64,000 bases of DNA, from assembly GCA_946965045.2 (NCBI GenBank), contig OX337230.1, positions 2,232,001-2,296,000 of the forward strand, written 5' to 3'. Below the pieces are notes generated by a model. That model was given only the letters and a program-made list of their open reading frames with translations. It searched no databases and was not told where the DNA came from. Positions 42,562 through 53,999 of the stretch are shown here, piece by piece (position 1 is the stretch's first letter; every line of letters begins with the position of its first letter). This DNA comes from Epithemia pelagica (lineage: Eukaryota; Protista; Bacillariophyta). The translations under genes were made by a program, and so were the position numbers.

Positions 42562-43028
42562 TCTTCACCAATGTTTTACTCCCCAAAGAACGGTGAGGTA
42601 GTCGCGAATCATTTATCCATATTCCATGCATTCACTCACGTTCCGCTGGGAGGTACGCCATATCAAGAGGCATGGCAGTGGAAGTCTTAGAGGGATCGTC
42701 GTCAGTTGTTGTCAGCACAGCACCAGTGTCACAAGTCACGACAAAGACAAAACACAAAACAGATAGACGGCAAACAGCAACAGTAAGAAGGGAAACTGAT
42801 TGGAAAGACTCCAAGTATATAGCATTGGCCATCTTCAGCCTCGTCAAAAGATCATAAGGCAGGTTTCCAAGCACCCTACGGTTTCACAAACAGAAGATTG
42901 CGGGAAACGTCTATTTTATCTTCTTGGTCACCAAAACGATAGCAATGTCAAGGAAACGACCCAGTGAAACCAAACCGTTTTCTCCCACGCAAGATCACCT
43001 ATCGCGTTCGCTTCAACGAAGTTCCATC

Positions 43029-43436
43029 ATGTCGGATTCTACCAATACAACGAGCATGAATCCTCGGATTACAGTAAGATTGAAACGGATTCAAGCTGTG
43101 GCACAATGGAGCTGGAACGCCAATGACGAAGTATGTGGTATCTGTCATGCAGCGTTTGAAGGTACCGCACCCGGCGTAAGATATCCCGGCGAAGATTCAC
43201 CAGTGGTGTGGGGCAAATGTGGGCACGCCTTTCATTTGCAGTGCGTTAGTCGATGGCTACAGCAGTCGACCTCCAAGAATCTTTGTCCTATTTGTCGACA
43301 GGAATGGGAGTTTGGACAAAATGTTTTGTCCAACAACAGTTCGAGCCGTGGCGAGACCAGGAACGAAAGTGATGACACGAACCCCGACAATGATAGTTTT
43401 GTGAATGACAGCAGCAGCGCCATGAACAGTTCTTAG
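43029..43436 (+). CDS. APC11: Anaphase-promoting complex subunit 11 (RING-H2); alternative start at 42945
   Basis: WSWNANDEVCGIC..YPGED.PVVWGKCGHAFHLQCV..WL..CPICRQEWEF. Confidence 0.9.
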   Translation: MSDSTNTTSMNPRITVRLKRIQAVAQWSWNANDEVCGICHAAFEGTAPGVRYPGEDSPVVWGKCGHAFHLQCVSRWLQQSTSKNLCPICRQEWEFGQNVLSNNSSSRGETRNESDDTNPDNDSFVNDSSSAMNSS

Positions 43437-44099
43437 ATGAAGGCGAAAACGAGCAATTCACCCGACTTCGTTCCGGAACACAAATATCACGATGGTCAAT
43501 CTCATCCTGGGGTACGATGATGCGTGAACGACACGAAGGATTGGGTCGACAGGGCCTCAGAGTTCAGCGCAAACCATACCAACTTCCTGATGATCTTATG
43601 ATTCTCTCGGAACTGGTGATTCGCAGCTATGCGTGTAGATTATTCCATGACTCTTCTCTTGACGAATTGACTTTATTTCAACACAATAATAGTTTAAGAC
43701 AGGGGATAGACACGGCCATGCACAGCCATAGGTTCAACACTTCTACTAGTGGCAGTATCTCCTTTCCTGCAAGTATCGTAGGGCGATCACAAGAAATCTT
43801 CCTCTTCTATAGGAGCATAGGAGTGTTACTACTCCTACGCCTAGAGGACTCGAACTAAATGTGATGCGTATCTCCGAGCAGGTAGCATCAATAGCTCATC
43901 TATGGCCACTGACGAAGTACAGACATCATCGATCACGAGGCATAAATAAAACTCATGATTTTCAATAACCAGGCAATACCAGTAAAATTTAAGCCTGATG
44001 GCCCCAAATTTGGCATTGAGTCATTCATTTTGGGGGCATAATCATCTCATTCCCCTCCATTATTTTATTTTTTCTTTTTTCCCCAAAACCAACTTCACC

Positions 44100-44985
44100 A
44101 TGGGTTGCGGTCCATCCAAGGAAGTCCAAACACAACAAGAGCATAAGCCACAACAACAAGAGTACCGTCCTCGTCCACCAAAGCCTTCGAACAAGCCATC
44201 GTCGAAGAAGCCTGCTGGAGCGCCAGTCTCATCGACTGGACAGCCGTCACCATTGTACGTTTGTTCTCGTTCTTCGACAAACTCTCAAAGAGTATCTTTT
44301 CCTTTGTCATTTGACTATGTTGCTCATAAGTGGTTGATCATTGTCTAACCCTTTCGGTTCCATTTCCTCGTGCCCTGCATGCAATTCTGTTCTTGTCACT
44401 TTTTCTCAAAGATACAAATACTTGCCAAAAAGTGCAGAAAAGTTTTCTGTGAAAAGTGTTTATGATGGTGATACTTTGACGTTGGTGGACCAACGAAGAG
44501 TCCGTTTGTTAGGAATCGATACACCGGAGCTCGACGAAAACCAACCCTTTGCGAAAGAAGCAAAGGACTACACCAAGCTCCGTTGTTTTCAACGATCGGT
44601 GTGGCTCGTTGTCGATGGGGAGGATCACTACGGCCGACTGTTGGCTCACGTGTTTGTACCAGCGGAGGAACAGGGATATTATCTTTGCATTAATGAAGGT
44701 CTGGTTGATCTGGGTTACGCTTACACATACATTCCGAGTAAGGATAAGCAAACCTTCAACTGGGACAAACTGATCAAATTGCAAGCCAAAGCCAGAAAGG
44801 CGAAAAAGGGCCTGTGGAAAGACTTCAACGAGAAGACGATTGTCTATGTCACTCTCAATGGTGCTGCTTATCACGCCGATAAGGGTTGTCGGCACCTCAA
44901 GAAAAGCAAGCACCTCAAAGAAATGAAAGTAGGCGCAGCCCTGGATCTTGGATTGCATCCCTGTCGTACTTGTACGACGGGGTAG
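44100..44985 (+). CDS. Staphylococcal-nuclease (SNase)-family nuclease with an N-acylation motif and a C-terminal metal-binding module; intron 44255-44411
   Basis: Starts MGCGPSK; YDGDT, VRLLGIDTPE, DHYGRLL, GLW; C-terminal VYVT..G..YH..C..PCRTC; phase-2 intron GTACGT..AAAG. Confidence 0.88.
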
Positions 44986-45658
44986 CTATCACTCTTCGTT
45001 GACTTGAATGGGTTCCAGAAAGGGCCATGTGGCCAATTTGTTGCACATGGTGAGCACGTTTTGGTGGTGTGTTTGAGTGGGTTGAGAGCTCCAACGAAAT
45101 TGTAGATTTGGAACGAATGTTCGGCTCATACGTAGATGAAATCACAGGGGTACTTTTTTGTTCTGCCGATAATAGTATTAGACTTCCATGTCGGATGTTC
45201 ATTTGATAGGGGTCCATTCTAGAGGAAGAGTAGGCTCGCTGGTTGAAAGACTCCTTCAAAAGAGTGATAGCTCATAGACTTAGATGCCGTAGCCTGATAT
45301 ATCACGATAGGTTGTCTTTCCCATCTGTTTGTTCTTTCGTAAAAATGAAACACACCCAGGCGTTCCCAGTTCAAACAGTGTCTGTTGCGCGTAAAAGACA
45401 CCCATGTCCCCCTATCCCTGCATTCTGCGTACCATTTTTCTGAAGAAGCCTTTTGCTTCGTTACATTTTAATGCCTTCCAGACCAAATCGATAGAGCAAA
45501 CAAGGTGAAGAAGCCACTTCGAGGTGGAAGCAAGGAAGGATTGCTCGACAGTTGAGATTGAGTCTTCAACAATTGGAATCTCCCAAGTTTCTTTTGTATG
45601 AACGCAAAGGTCGACACCGTCTATCGCCATTTTTACCTTTTCGAATCCCAGACCAAGA

Positions 45659-48600
45659 ATGGACTCTCTGCCAGAAAACAATCGGCCGACTTATCGGATT
45701 GAGGAGGAGGAAGATGAAGATGACAGTCGAGAAATTCTATACAGTGAACACTATCAAAACATAACTCCTCCTCCGCGCCCTTTTGGTGGAGGTGCTCTTC
45801 CGGATGATGGTAACAGCAGCGGAGAGGACAGCGGCATGCGCTTGACTTTCTCCGACATTGCCAAGAAGATCCAGAATCCATCGATATCCCCCAATGCATC
45901 AACTGGAAGTGTATCTGGACGAGACCGCAGTGATGGTAGCTCTGGTCTTCGAAGCACTGGAAAGAGCAGTAAACGAATTTTCGGAGGTGGATCATCGGAT
46001 GCCGCCGATCAGGCTCTCAGCAAATCATCTTCTCACGCAGATCACGGAGAATCCTCTTCTTCGTCATCGCAAGATGGTACGATTTCCAGAGCGGCGGAGC
46101 TTGGAATGAACACATCGGATGCCGTATTACGAAGTGGAAGCAGTGATAGCAGTAGCAGTCGCCGCAAGTATTTGCAAACCATTCATTCTGAACGCAGTCT
46201 CAAGTCTGAGGCATCGTCCGGAAACAAAAGTACCAACACTGCCAGCATGTCTGAGCCGTCACCAAAAACGAAACATGCCTTAGGAACAACAGGACCTGTT
46301 GACAACAAGTCGACAGGGATGTCCGGAACTAGTAGTCCAAATAGAAGAAGTCTCATGAGACGAGCTCCGGGAGCGATCAAACCTTCCCAGCAAAATACCG
46401 AAGCCCAACGGTCGAGCCCCCCGAGTAGACGGAACCCCTCATTATCGTTAGGCGGGAGTTCTTCGAACAGCAGCAACAACAACAAGAGCGCCAATACGAG
46501 AAGGGCCAATTTGCTTGCATCTCGTTTGGCCAGCCGGTCCACAGCAGTTAAAACTCGACTAAACACAGAAGTTCGAAAGGGCGGTGCGCTTGGTGTAATT
46601 GGAGGTCTTGGTAATTCCGGTGGTGGAGTAAGTGGCGACAACTATGGTCATGGCGACATAGACGTCCTGGCAGGCGGAGGTGTAGAGGACAAACATGCTA
46701 CTGCACGAAGGTACAAACCGGGAGATAATGTTCTCGTCTGTAATCAACAGAGTCGTTGGTCTACGTTGGTGAATCGGTATGGATTTCCACCAGGTGAAGG
46801 CTCGTCACCAGAAGAAATGCGTGGGCCGTACATTTACGCAATGGCAACTGTGAAACAAGTTCATTTCGAAGAATTTGCAGCGTACTACACTGTCGTACGT
46901 GCGGATACCGGTGCGGAACATCGAGCTGATGCCGACTTTATGGAACCTTTGAAAACAACACGTGGACAACAAGCCGCATATCGAGCTGCTCTACAATCCT
47001 CGCTGGAACAGGGTGTCGTGGGATCCGAGATTGGACCTGGTCATTCTGGTGAACATCCGTTCCCCGTTGGCGTGGGTGATGCTCGAGAAGCTGCACATTC
47101 ATCTTCCATGACTGGCCGAAATAAGATTCTGTCATGTCTGGAAAATACATGTGTGTATCTCCTTTTGCCATTTCTGTACCTTTATGACTGCCTCTATTTG
47201 TTCGCCTTGAGGTGGCTAACACCCTTGGGAAAATTTATGCTACGTCATGCCAAGTTGATTCTGATGGGCGCCGAGCCGTATGCTTGTCAACTACGCTTGA
47301 CACTTGTCAACTTTATTGTGGTATGCAGCATCTGGTACATGTTTATTGATCAGGCTCGCTTAGTCTTTTTCCGACCTCGGGCCGATCACACCGTGGCAGT
47401 TTTCAATTTCATTGTGTGGTTGGTTCTACTATGTGAACTCTTGTTTGAAGTCTTCATTCGACCAGATGGTTACAAAAAACTCATCATTTCGGAAAAGGCA
47501 TTCTCGCCGCAAACGGTTCGGTTCATAAATGCCTTCCATTTCGTGGTGGAAATGTTTTCTCTCCTCATGTTCATACCGGAATTCTATTGCCTTTTCTCGA
47601 GAGATTCTTGCTCGACACGCTTCAGGTTTTCGTTTTACAACGCCGCACTTATGGCTGTGACGGGACCTACACGAACAGAGTCGACATATGGCAGAGCCTT
47701 CTTTGCTCTGGTTCGATTGCGTGTTTTTGGTGTCGTGCGGCATTGGAAAAATATGTGGATAACCAACACGTTCTTGATGGGGAGAAAGCGTGAAGCCGGT
47801 TGGTTTTCAAGTATTTTCCCACCTCGTGCCAGCCACAAGACCCAAGCTACCCCTGCTTTGAAGCGACAAGATTCCAATAGGACCGATGGTGGATTGGATG
47901 GCACCAAAGGGGTTACAGGTGGCTCAGATCCACAGAAAGACGGCGACGGTGACCATGACAACAACCAAAACAATGAAAATAAGGATTTAGCTTTGACCAA
48001 TGCTTCAAACATTGGTACAGCTTTGATGGTGACAAACTCATACCGCGCAATCTCATTGTTATGGGTCATTACTGGGATTTTCCCAATATTTATCTATTCA
48101 ATGAACTCGATCCTTATCAACAACGTGGCACCCGAAATGACGGACCAACTTCAAGCCACAAACTTGATCGCCAATGACACATCAGATGAAACCTGTGAAT
48201 TCTTGTTCAACTCTGTCCATGCTTGGATCTTGGCTGTTGTCGCACCTGATGCTGCTGATGATCCATCTGATCCCTATTTGGTTTCCTTAACCATTGAACC
48301 GGATCGCTGCAACATATCTGCAAACATATGCGAAGAGGTGGTCACGTCTACTGATAGCTCTGAAAAGTTATGTGATCTGCGACGGGAGTTGTTAGGAAAG
48401 AGCCTCGATGAGATGGCTGACGTCCTTGGTGTCCGGTCTGGTTCGATCGTCACATACGATAAATACGATTTCAATTATCCTTTCCTCAATTATTCCGAGC
48501 CGGTTAACACCACTTTCTCTGTGGTGTCTTCCTTTGACCAGTCTTACACGATTGCAACAGCGTAAGTGATCTTGATTCTTTTCCAGGTATAGATGAAGAT

Positions 48601-50511
48601 TTTTCTCACACCATCATGTGTGATGTCTTCAACAGCGCATTTAGTTCACTGCTTTTACAGCTTTTTCTGTTGGTTTTCGTTCTTGGGGGCCTAACGGTTT
48701 TGAGGAGAGACGCGGAGGTTCTTGTGCTTGGTCCACTGAGAAGGATGCTCAGGATTGTTGCGCGATATGCCAAGAACCCTTTGGTTCAACCTAAATTAAA
48801 CCGAACGCGATTCTCACGTCGGAAACTAACGCAACGGGTCATTTCCCGCGACGATGATTCCACCTTTGACTCATCTTCAGATGAAAGCGGGAGTATTGAC
48901 AACGGCGAAGCTTCTGGAGGTGCTTGGCGTAATGATGAATTTGCTTTGGGAAGCTACGAAACTGAACAGCTCATTGCCGCTGTGACGAAGATCACAGATC
49001 TATTGAGAAAATGTTGGGGTGTTGCTGGAGCAGATATCATATCGACGAATCTTGCTACGCGGGAGGGAGCGCTCACTGAGGTATTCAATCCAACTGTCCC
49101 TGGGAAAAGTGTCTACGCCTTGTTTGCATTTGCTGCCATCAACGAGTTTGATCATGCTCTTCGAAACCTAGGAGGGGACGTTATGATCTTGATCAACGAT
49201 GTTGCATCAGTTCTTCATGGTGAAGTCTATAGGTGGGGCTTTGGAGACTCAGGTCAATGTAACAAGAACTTGGGTGGGGCCTTTCTGATGGTATTCAGAA
49301 TTGGATTGGTCAAAGAGGTCATAAAGAAACTGGAGCAAGCAACGTCTGTGATTTTCAGTGGGAGTAAGGCATCTCAGACAAAAGCATCCCAGTTGACACG
49401 TCGTCGTGCCAACAAAATTCAGCAACAGCAAACAATGTTGACGACTGGACAAAATACTCGACGGAACTCTTCGAACACGACTCAGTCCTCGGGGAGTTCG
49501 TCACCAAGGACGGTTGCCTCCACCGGAAGCTCTGAAAACAACTCTGGCAGTGGGGGAAGAGTTACTTTTCGTGGAGAAGGCCTTGCGACGGCCAAAGCTG
49601 TCGCACAGAGTTACCGTCGCCTGCTCAAAGTGCAACGTTCAGCTTCTGTCAAAGCGATGAGTTTGTCGTTGGCAAGTCTACCAGGAATTAGTACTTTCAC
49701 TGATCGAGCTGTAATTGGGATGCTCAAGTCATTTGCAAGTATCCATCGAGATAAGAAACTTCGTTCTTGGAACAATGATTTCAGATTGGGAGCTGGTGTT
49801 GGTGCTTTCACCGTCTCTATGATTTATGGAATGGATGCCGGTTGGGCTGTTGAAGGTGCGGTCGGTAGTAACTACAAAATCGATGCTACGTACCTTTCCC
49901 CCCACGTAAATATGGCATCTCGAATGATGAGTGCCTGCAAGCAGTACGGAGTCTCAATTATGCTTTCGCAAGCGGTGCAAGAGCTTATGAGCGACGTGGC
50001 CCGTTCAAAACTTCGTCATCTCGATACAGTCACTGTGAAAGGTTCATCGATCCAGCAAAAAGTATATACGTACGATGCTCGACACCAAGGTGCCGATTTC
50101 TTTTTGCATTATCGGACAGACGAACAAGCGGACATCGAGGCGGATCTTTACACTCCAAAGATTTGGAACGATGATCCAGATATGAATATCATGAGGCAAC
50201 ATATCACTGATGAGTTCCTCGCTGAATTCGAAGAAGGTAGGAAAATGTTCCTTCTTGGGGAATGGTCTGTTGCTAAAAGGCGACTAAGAAAGGCTAATGA
50301 GCGTATGGTTGAGAATGCAATTGAAAGCGGCTTCCTTGAATCTGAGTTGGAAGAAATTATGAATCAAGCAGCGAATCCAAAAGAGGCCGCAGAGGAGTTA
50401 AAGAGACAGAACGGTGACGGGCCCTCCCAGTATCTGTTGAATTTTATGGAATCATACGGATATGTTGCTCCGCCTAATTGGGAAGGATGGCATCCACTCA
50501 CTCGGAAGTAA
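45659..50511 (+). CDS. Membrane class III nucleotidyl-cyclase-like protein with ion-channel-like TM region; intron 48562-48635; both metal-binding Asp substituted
   Basis: GWAVEGAVGSNYKIDATYLSPHVNMASR and RHLDTVTVKGS; multiple TM helices including Arg-bearing LVRLRVFGVVRHW; in-phase GTAAGT..ACAG intron. Confidence 0.82.
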
Positions 50512-50917
50512 TGGTACAGCGCCTCGCGTCAAGAAAGGACGACTTAGTTGTGGAAATTGTCGTCTCACATCTCTATCGAAAGAGCGGAATAGGCAACTCA
50601 TCAACTTCGAATTCTAGGTTTCTCTCGGGAATTTGAGACTTCGTGAATCCCCGCTGATCGACTTACTCCTATTAACCACTGGAATCCTTTCTCTCCCTTC
50701 ACCTCCGATCTAGTGTAGCCGAAGAATAATTTAGCCACTACACCTTTTCTCGAAATACAGGATTTGTGACATTGCATTCATCTTTGTACAGAGTAAGCGA
50801 AAATATACACGAAGAAGGATGCTATACAAGGTTACGTATTCTAAAAGAATGCTTTCGCATCACATCACGCCAGAAATCATCTTGAAAACAACTCCGATAT
50901 ATCGTGGAAGCCATGAT

Positions 50918-52347
50918 TCACTTCTTCTTTCCCTTCTCTTCCTTGGTGATGGCCTTGATGACACCGACAGCGACGGTTTGACGCATGTCACGGACAGCGA
51001 AACGACCAAGAGGGGGGAAGTCAGTGAAAGTCTCAACACAAAGGGGCTTTGTGGGCTTCAACTCAACAATGCAGGCATCTCCGGTCTTGACAAACTTGGG
51101 GTTTTGTTCAAGAACCTTACCGGAACGACGGTCCATCTTTTCCTTGATCACGTCGAATCGGCAGGCAACGTGAGCAGTGTGGCAATCCAACACCGGGGAG
51201 TAACCATTGGAGATTTGACCAGGGTGGTTCATCACAATAACCTGGGCCTCGAACATGGCAACACCAGAAGCGGGGTCGTTCTTGGAGTCGGAAGCGACGA
51301 AACCACGACGGAGATCCTTAACGGCAACGTTCTTCACGTTGAAACCAACGTTATCACCAGGGACGGCCTCAGGAAGAGATTCGTGATGCATTTCCACAGA
51401 CTTGATTTCAGCAATAACACCAGCGGGGGCAAAGAGAGCATGCATACCAGGCTTGATGACACCAGTTTCGACACGTCCGACAGGGACCGTTCCAATACCA
51501 CCAATCTTGTAGACATCCTGGAGAGGAAGACGAAGGGGCTTTTCGGTAGGACGCTTGGGAGGGGTGCAGTTATCGAGAGCCTCAAGGAGGTAAGGTCCCT
51601 TGTACCAAGGCATGTTGGTAGACTTGTCAATCATGTTGTCTCCTTCCCAACCAGAAATGGGAACAAATGGGATCTTCATTGGTTTGTAACCAACTTTCTT
51701 GAGGTAAGCACCGACTTCGGCCTTGATTTCCTTGTAACGAGCTTCAGCATACTTGACGGTCTTGTCGTCCATCTTGTTCATGGCAACAATCATTTGCTTG
51801 ACTCCGAGAGTGTAAGCCAACAAGGCGTGCTCACGAGTTTGTCCGTCCTTGGAAATACCGGCTTCGAAACCACCTTGGGAAGAGTCAATGACCAAAATGG
51901 CAACATCGGCCTGAGAAGTTCCAGTAATCATGTTCTTGATAAAATCACGATGTCCGGGGGCATCAATGACGGTGAAAGCATATTTGGGAGACTCGAACTT
52001 CCACAACGCAATATCAATGGTGATACCACGCTCACGTTCGGCCTTCAAGTTGTCCAAAACCCAGGCATACTTGAAAGATCCCTTACCCAACTCGGCGGCT
52101 TCCTTTTCGTACTTCTCAATGGTACGCTTATCAATACCTCCGCACTTGTAAATCAAGTGACCAGTCGTCGTGGACTTTCCTAACGTACGTCATACGAAGC
52201 AACGAAAGTACATGTTAGACGTGACAGACCACCAGGAACTCCATATCTTCTCACCCCTTTACGCTCATTAGAATCTACTTGAGCATACTTACCAGCATCG
52301 ACGTGACCAATAACGACCAACGAAATATGAATCTTTTCCTTTCCCAT
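50918..52347 (-). CDS. EF1A: Translation elongation factor 1-alpha (438 aa); intron 52180-52292
   Basis: [18 protein letters not shown]|[41 protein letters not shown]. Confidence 0.99.
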
Positions 52348-52656
52348 GGTTGCAGTGAAACTTCAGCAAAGTGTGTCGCCGTTGCTTTCCTGTTGCGAGG
52401 ACAAGACTTTGGTGTGCATATGATTGCTGACGGTGGCTCGAAGTCGTGTGGATTGAATCTTTTTCTGGTTCGGCTGACGGACAGGTGGAACTGTTCATGT
52501 CCACACATACACGCACACATGTGGTCCCGCGTACAAGATCTATCGCACGTCGCATGCGCGATTCAATGTGACAGCATTCGAGCCTGTACAATAAACAGTA
52601 GAGTGACATCAATATTAGACAAATTGTACTAGTACGCGTTTGGATTATCGCTTCAC

Positions 52657-52690
52657 TTCGGAAAGCTTCGAACACAATTGTTCGAATTTC
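52657..52690. promoter_or_regulatory. TTC/GAA-rich palindromic site between divergent EF1A and HSP20, possible heat-shock element
   Basis: TTCggAAAgcTTC (one mismatch to nTTCnnGAAnnTTC) and inverted repeat TTCGAAC-ACAATT-GTTCGAA at 52667-52686. Confidence 0.3.
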
Positions 52691-52816
52691 TTCTTTTCGA
52701 TTCTTTGGACGACTTCGTTGCACTCGTTCATCACGATCCCACTGTCTCATAAAATTGGATTTCGAAACAAATTCAGCGTCACGCACATACCACTGGCAAG
52801 CCCCAAACAAAAAGTT

Positions 52817-53875
52817 ATGATTGTCATTCGACCAACTTCGACCCCATTCAATACTCGTCGCTTTTATTGTCGTCCCTACATGGCACCTCATCCTTTGATG
52901 CGAGACTACCGGTCCAGCAGATGCGTTGCACAACGCAGAAAGGAAGAGACAACGGAGTCGAAACTTGAAGACCAACATGACCTTCCGCTTCTCCGAATCC
53001 AAAATGCATACATTAAACAAGACAACGACCAGTTTCTCATCTCATTGGATGTTCCAGGTGTCAAGGAAGATGCCATCACGATTACAGAACATGACTTGGA
53101 CCTGACGGTTGATGCGGTCCGAAAGAATCGAAGTGGAGAAGCTGTGGCTAAGTTTCAACGTCGGTTTCGCCTTGATAAGAAGTCTGTTAATCGGACACCA
53201 GAAATCGCAGCGACTCTTGCACATGGAGTATTGACCATCACGGTTGCCAAGAAACCCGCCGCCGAAGAAGTAGCCATTGTTCCAATGCCCACGGACCCTC
53301 CGACAGAAGCCACTGATGTCCCATCTTTTCAATATCATCTGGAGGTACCGGGTGTCAAGCTTGCTGATATGAAAATCACGGTCAAAGGAGACCAGCTGTC
53401 GATTGAGTATGAAAGAAAGCGTGTTCCTTCATCTGCATTCAGCAAGGTCTATCGAAGTTTTGTCCTTGACGACGACAAGATGAACATTGCGAATATTGCA
53501 GCATATTTGAGTGATGGTATTTTGACATTTGTCATTCCCAAGAAGGCACAAGACGAGCATGCTGCTTCAAAGCGCACGATTCTAATTTCACATGAATCAA
53601 ACATAAAACCACGAACAAAAACCGACAGTGACAACACGGATAACCTTGTGGAAACTGTAGTAGAGGAAGATGAGGACGAGGAAGAAGGAGAAATTGAGGT
53701 CACTGCGTCTGTTGTGACTGAGCCGGCTACAAATACACAGACGGAAAAGGATTTTTCTACGGATGTCGCAACGGAAACAAATGATATCGCGCAAAAGGAA
53801 GACGATTCACAAGCCAAAGTCGATGCTAACATGACTACTGAAAATGAATGGGAAGATTATCAAATCCTTAACTGA
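52817..53875 (+). CDS. Small heat-shock protein with two tandem alpha-crystallin domains and an acidic tail
   Basis: LDVPGVK..FQRRFRL..LAHGVLTITVAK, then LEVPGVK..RSFVL..LSDGILTFVIPK. Confidence 0.88.
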   Translation: MIVIRPTSTPFNTRRFYCRPYMAPHPLMRDYRSSRCVAQRRKEETTESKLEDQHDLPLLRIQNAYIKQDNDQFLISLDVPGVKEDAITITEHDLDLTVDAVRKNRSGEAVAKFQRRFRLDKKSVNRTPEIAATLAHGVLTITVAKKPAAEEVAIVPMPTDPPTEATDVPSFQYHLEVPGVKLADMKITVKGDQLSIEYERKRVPSSAFSKVYRSFVLDDDKMNIANIAAYLSDGILTFVIPKKAQDEHAASKRTILISHESNIKPRTKTDSDNTDNLVETVVEEDEDEEEGEIEVTASVVTEPATNTQTEKDFSTDVATETNDIAQKEDDSQAKVDANMTTENEWEDYQILN

Positions 53876-53999
53876 GTGATCCAACTCGTAGCGATAAGTG
53901 AATGATGGGACAAGCAAAACTCAGTAAGAATTTAGCAATAATAGCCCCTCTTATACCAACTACCTGATGTGACCTCGCATTCTTATCACCGAAGTAGAA

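Noticed and set aside
43815-43844. Hairpin plus CTAG resembling a Helitron 3' end
   Set aside because: CTAG abuts the stem, is followed by A rather than T, and no 5' TC end or Rep/Hel remnant was found.
50819-52183. 454-aa plus-strand ORF
   Set aside because: Antisense shadow of EF1-alpha with no recognisable motifs of its own.
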